From assembly GCA_964510165.1 (NCBI GenBank), contig CAZEBC010000109.1, positions 1 to 13,399 on the forward strand: a DNA stretch of 13,399 nucleotides. Direction: 5' to 3'. The stretch comes from an uncultured bacterium (GTDB taxonomy: Bacteria > Abyssobacteria > SURF-5). Both the position numbers and the translations under genes were made by a program. Shown here in pieces: positions 10,649-13,399 of the stretch (positions within the stretch are counted from its first letter, which is position 1; every line of letters starts with the position of its first letter). The notes beneath the pieces are model-generated. The model had not been told where the DNA came from. It searched no databases and saw only the letters and a program-made list of their open reading frames with translations.

Positions 10649-11778
10649 TGGCGCGCGTATATAACTGGCAGATAGGCCGGAAGATGAGCTACTGGTACGG
10701 CGAGGCGCGGCCACAGCGCCAGTTCGCCGCCGTCTTCGACATAAACAAGTGCATCGCGTGCCAGACATGCACAATTGCGTGCAAGACGACGTGGACGTCG
10801 GGCCGGGGGCAGGAATACATGTTCTGGAACAACGTCGAGAGTAAGCCCTATGGGGGTTACCCGACCGCGTATGACGCGAGAATACTGGAATTGCTGGGGC
10901 CGCAGTCATGGGAGGGCGAGCGCTACGAAGGCAGGACCATCTTTGAGGCGGCTCCGCCGGGAGAGCGGCTGCTGGGATTTCGTCCCGAGAGCGAGGATTA
11001 TGCGCATCCGAATCTCGGCGAGGATGAAAGCTTTGGAGGGGTAGAGCGAGGGGCCGCGATGAATCTGCCTCAGCCGATGTGGATGTTCTACCTGGCGCGT
11101 ATCTGCAATCACTGCACCTATCCGGCGTGTCTGGCGGCGTGTCCGCGCGGCGCCATCTACAAGCGGCAGGAGGACGGCATTGTGCTTGTGGACCAGAAGA
11201 GATGCCGGGGATACCGCGAATGCGTGCGCGCGTGTCCGTACAAGAAGGTATTCTACAACTCGCACACCAATACGTCTGAGAAGTGCATCGGCTGTTATCC
11301 TTTGGGCGAGCAGGCGACTCAGCCTCGCTGCTTCACGGAATGCATCGGAAAGATTCGGTTGCGCGGCTGGTTGAGCACTCCAGAGAAAGCGAGCGAGGAC
11401 AACCCGCTGGATTACCTGGTTCACGTCAAGAAGGTGGCCTTGCCGTTGATGCCGCAGTTGGGACTTGAGCCGAACGTGTACTACATTCCTCCGGTTCATG
11501 TGCCGGAGCCGTTCCTTGTGCAGCTTTTTGGCCCTCGGGCGGCGCAGGCGGTGGAGACATATCAGATGGCTCAAGAGAATAACGTCGAGCTTGCGGCACT
11601 GATAGCGCTGTTTGGCTGTACGCCGAATGTTATTCCCAAGTTCAAAGTGCGAAACGACAAAGTCAGCGCTTTGGATGATCGAGGGAGCACGTTGATCAGC
11701 GTGCCGATGCGGGAACCCGTGACGGTGAGAACCGCATTTGACCAGAGGCACGGAGTCCCTCGAACGAACATAACCTGA
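10648..11778 (+). CDS. nxrB: NXR-like beta (Fe-S) subunit, 3x[4Fe-4S] + [3Fe-4S], 376 aa
   Basis: TAATG coupling to alpha. [11 protein letters not shown]-terminus, [64 protein letters not shown]...[19 protein letters not shown]. Confidence 0.9.
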
Positions 11779-11792
11779 GTGGAGGAATCCCG

Positions 11793-12692
11793 ATGCGATC
11801 CAGAGTTCGCTTATTGCTGATGGGGGCGGCCATGTTGACCGCCACGCTCGCAGGTTGCGGAAAGGCGTCGCAGAAAGTGGCGGCGACCGGTCCCGGCATA
11901 ACTGCCGTGCATATCGCCGGCGACGCCGGTAAGCTTGAGCCGGACAGTCCAGAGTGGCGGAAAGCGCCGGAGATGGCCGTGGCGCTCTTGCCGCAGGATA
12001 TGACCGATCCGAAGCTGATTGAGGTAGCCATTTCGCAGGTGAAAGTGAAGGCGATGTGCGGCGGCCAACGCATCGCATTCAGGATCGAGTGGGATGACCC
12101 CACGGAGGATATGATTTCCGAGGACGGCCGTTTTTCGGACGCGGTCGCGATTCAGCTTCCGCCCGCGCCGGGCGGCCAGGTTCCCGATCCGACAATGGGG
12201 CTCACGGGGCAGCCGGTTCTCATACATCTTTGGAAGGCGTGTTATCAGAGGAGGCTCGAGTTCGGTCCCTGGGACATCCGGCAAACGTTTCCGAACGCGA
12301 CGGTGGACCACTATCCGTTTGAGGCCGCTTCTGACGAAGAGAGGGGCCAACTGACGGCGCAGTACACCATTGCGCTGTCGGCGGGCAATCCGCTCGCGGC
12401 GTCTCGGACGTCGAGTGTGGACGATCTGACGGCGGAGGGCTTCGGGACGCTGCGGCCGCTTCCCGCGCAGGCGTCGGCGGGCAAGGGGAAATGGGCGAAC
12501 GGAAAATGGTCAGTGGTCATCACGCGGCCGCTCTCGGTCCCGGAGTGGTTGAGCGGTCCGGGTTTCAAGCCGGGCGACAGCACGTTCGCGGCATTTGCGG
12601 TTTGGGACGGGGGCAGGGATAACGCAGGTTCACGAAAGGCGAGGTCGGTCTGGACGCCCTTGACTTTGGAGGCGGGAGGGACCAATGGATGA
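11793..12692 (+). CDS. nxrC: heme b-binding gamma subunit (EbdC/NxrC-like, EB_dh/DOMON family), predicted lipoprotein, 299 aa
   Basis: GGAGG RBS at 11781-11785; lipobox LAG|C; IAFRIEWDDPT, FSDAVAIQLP, PTMG (Met ligand), AEGFGTL, GKWSVVITRPL, AFAVWDGG...GSRK (Lys ligand). Confidence 0.85.
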   Translation: MRSRVRLLLMGAAMLTATLAGCGKASQKVAATGPGITAVHIAGDAGKLEPDSPEWRKAPEMAVALLPQDMTDPKLIEVAISQVKVKAMCGGQRIAFRIEWDDPTEDMISEDGRFSDAVAIQLPPAPGGQVPDPTMGLTGQPVLIHLWKACYQRRLEFGPWDIRQTFPNATVDHYPFEAASDEERGQLTAQYTIALSAGNPLAASRTSSVDDLTAEGFGTLRPLPAQASAGKGKWANGKWSVVITRPLSVPEWLSGPGFKPGDSTFAAFAVWDGGRDNAGSRKARSVWTPLTLEAGGTNG

Positions 12693-13329
12693 GATGAAAT
12701 GTTTGCTGAGAGCCGGAGCGAGATACAGGTTTTGTTCCCTCCTGTTTCGTTATCCGAGCGAGGACGTTATTTCAGCGGCGAGCGCTCTGGTGGATACGTT
12801 CGCTCCCGAAGTTCAGCGCGACGCGAGCGAGTTGGTTGGGTTGATGGCGAGCGCGCAGGCGCGGACGGAATATCATTTCTTGCTTGGGAGCGGCGGCTCG
12901 GTCTCTCCATACGAATCGGCATATCAGGCGGATGGGAGCGCTCGAGACAAAGGGGCGGTGCTCGGCGACGTTGCGGGTTTCTACCGCGCATTCGACTTTG
13001 AGCACATGAGAGATGCACGTGAGGCGCCGGACCATGTAGCGGTTGAGCTTGCATTTCTCAGCTTTCTGAAGCTGAAAGCGGCGTACGCGCTGATGAATAG
13101 AGACGAGGGGGCACATCGCATCTGCCGCGATGCGGAAGAGCGTTTTCTTGATGACCACCTGTCCGGTTGGCTTCCCGAATTTCTCAAGCGAATCGGGGAG
13201 CGGGCCGCGAGCGAATTCTATCGAAGGGCGGCTCGCTTAACTACAGAGACACAGAAACACAGAGAAAGACCGACCATTGGCCGTGGACGTCGTGGACGAT
13301 GTGGACGAACACGGACATACACAGGCTGA
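12685..13329 (+). CDS. TorD/DmsD-family molybdoenzyme maturation chaperone (delta subunit), 214 aa
   Basis: SPYESAY, DVAGFYRAF, EAPDHVAVELAFLSFL, FLDDHLSGW; 8-nt overlap with the gamma gene. The last ~29 residues derive from repeats. Confidence 0.88.
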   Translation: MDEMKCLLRAGARYRFCSLLFRYPSEDVISAASALVDTFAPEVQRDASELVGLMASAQARTEYHFLLGSGGSVSPYESAYQADGSARDKGAVLGDVAGFYRAFDFEHMRDAREAPDHVAVELAFLSFLKLKAAYALMNRDEGAHRICRDAEERFLDDHLSGWLPEFLKRIGERAASEFYRRAARLTTETQKHRERPTIGRGRRGRCGRTRTYTG

Positions 13330-13336
13330 CACAGAC
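13240..13336 (+). repeat. cluster of three short tandem triplet repeats
   Basis: ACAGAR x3, period 8 (13243, 13251, 13259); GTGGACG x3, period 9 (13283, 13292, 13301); CACRGRC x3, period 10 (13310, 13320, 13330). Confidence 0.7.
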
Positions 13337-13399
13337 CTATGGTCCTCGTTTCGCCGTTTCCCCTCTTGAAAAACGCCTGGGGTACCGCGCCCGGGCGCG

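Noticed and set aside
13283-13336. CRISPR array
   Set aside because: Units are 7 bp with 2-3 bp gaps; no spacers and no cas genes.
13386-13399. Perfect palindrome CGCGCCCGGGCGCG as a terminator
   Set aside because: It is at the window edge with no visible loop or U-tract, so it cannot be evaluated.

Overview
The window holds one co-directional (+ strand) respiratory gene cluster from a GC-rich bacterium. A consensus sigma70 promoter precedes a three-Cys Rrf2-family regulator. Eight tightly packed genes follow: a cytoplasmic GltD/NfnB/DsrL-like FAD/[4Fe-4S] NAD(P)H oxidoreductase, a Tat-exported Rieske protein, a fused cytochrome b6/subunit-IV-type cytochrome b, a membrane-anchored nonaheme cytochrome c, and a periplasmic type II DMSO-reductase-family enzyme of the Nitrospira/anammox NXR-like lineage (alpha, beta, lipoprotein heme-b gamma subunit, TorD/DmsD-like chaperone). 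The main point of interest is that an anammox-style NAD(P)H-oxidoreductase/Rieske/cytb module and an NXR-like molybdoenzyme sit in one apparent operon with a 9-heme linker. This could form a complete NAD(P)H-quinone-nitrate/nitrite chain. Direction and substrate cannot be settled from sequence; the alpha subunit keeps a NarG-type Thr where bona fide NXRs have Asn. Intergenic regions carry GTAG-type and dRS3/CGTC-type REP-like elements, and the last gene ends in short tandem repeats. No searches were run; family comparisons are from motifs and recalled reference sequences.
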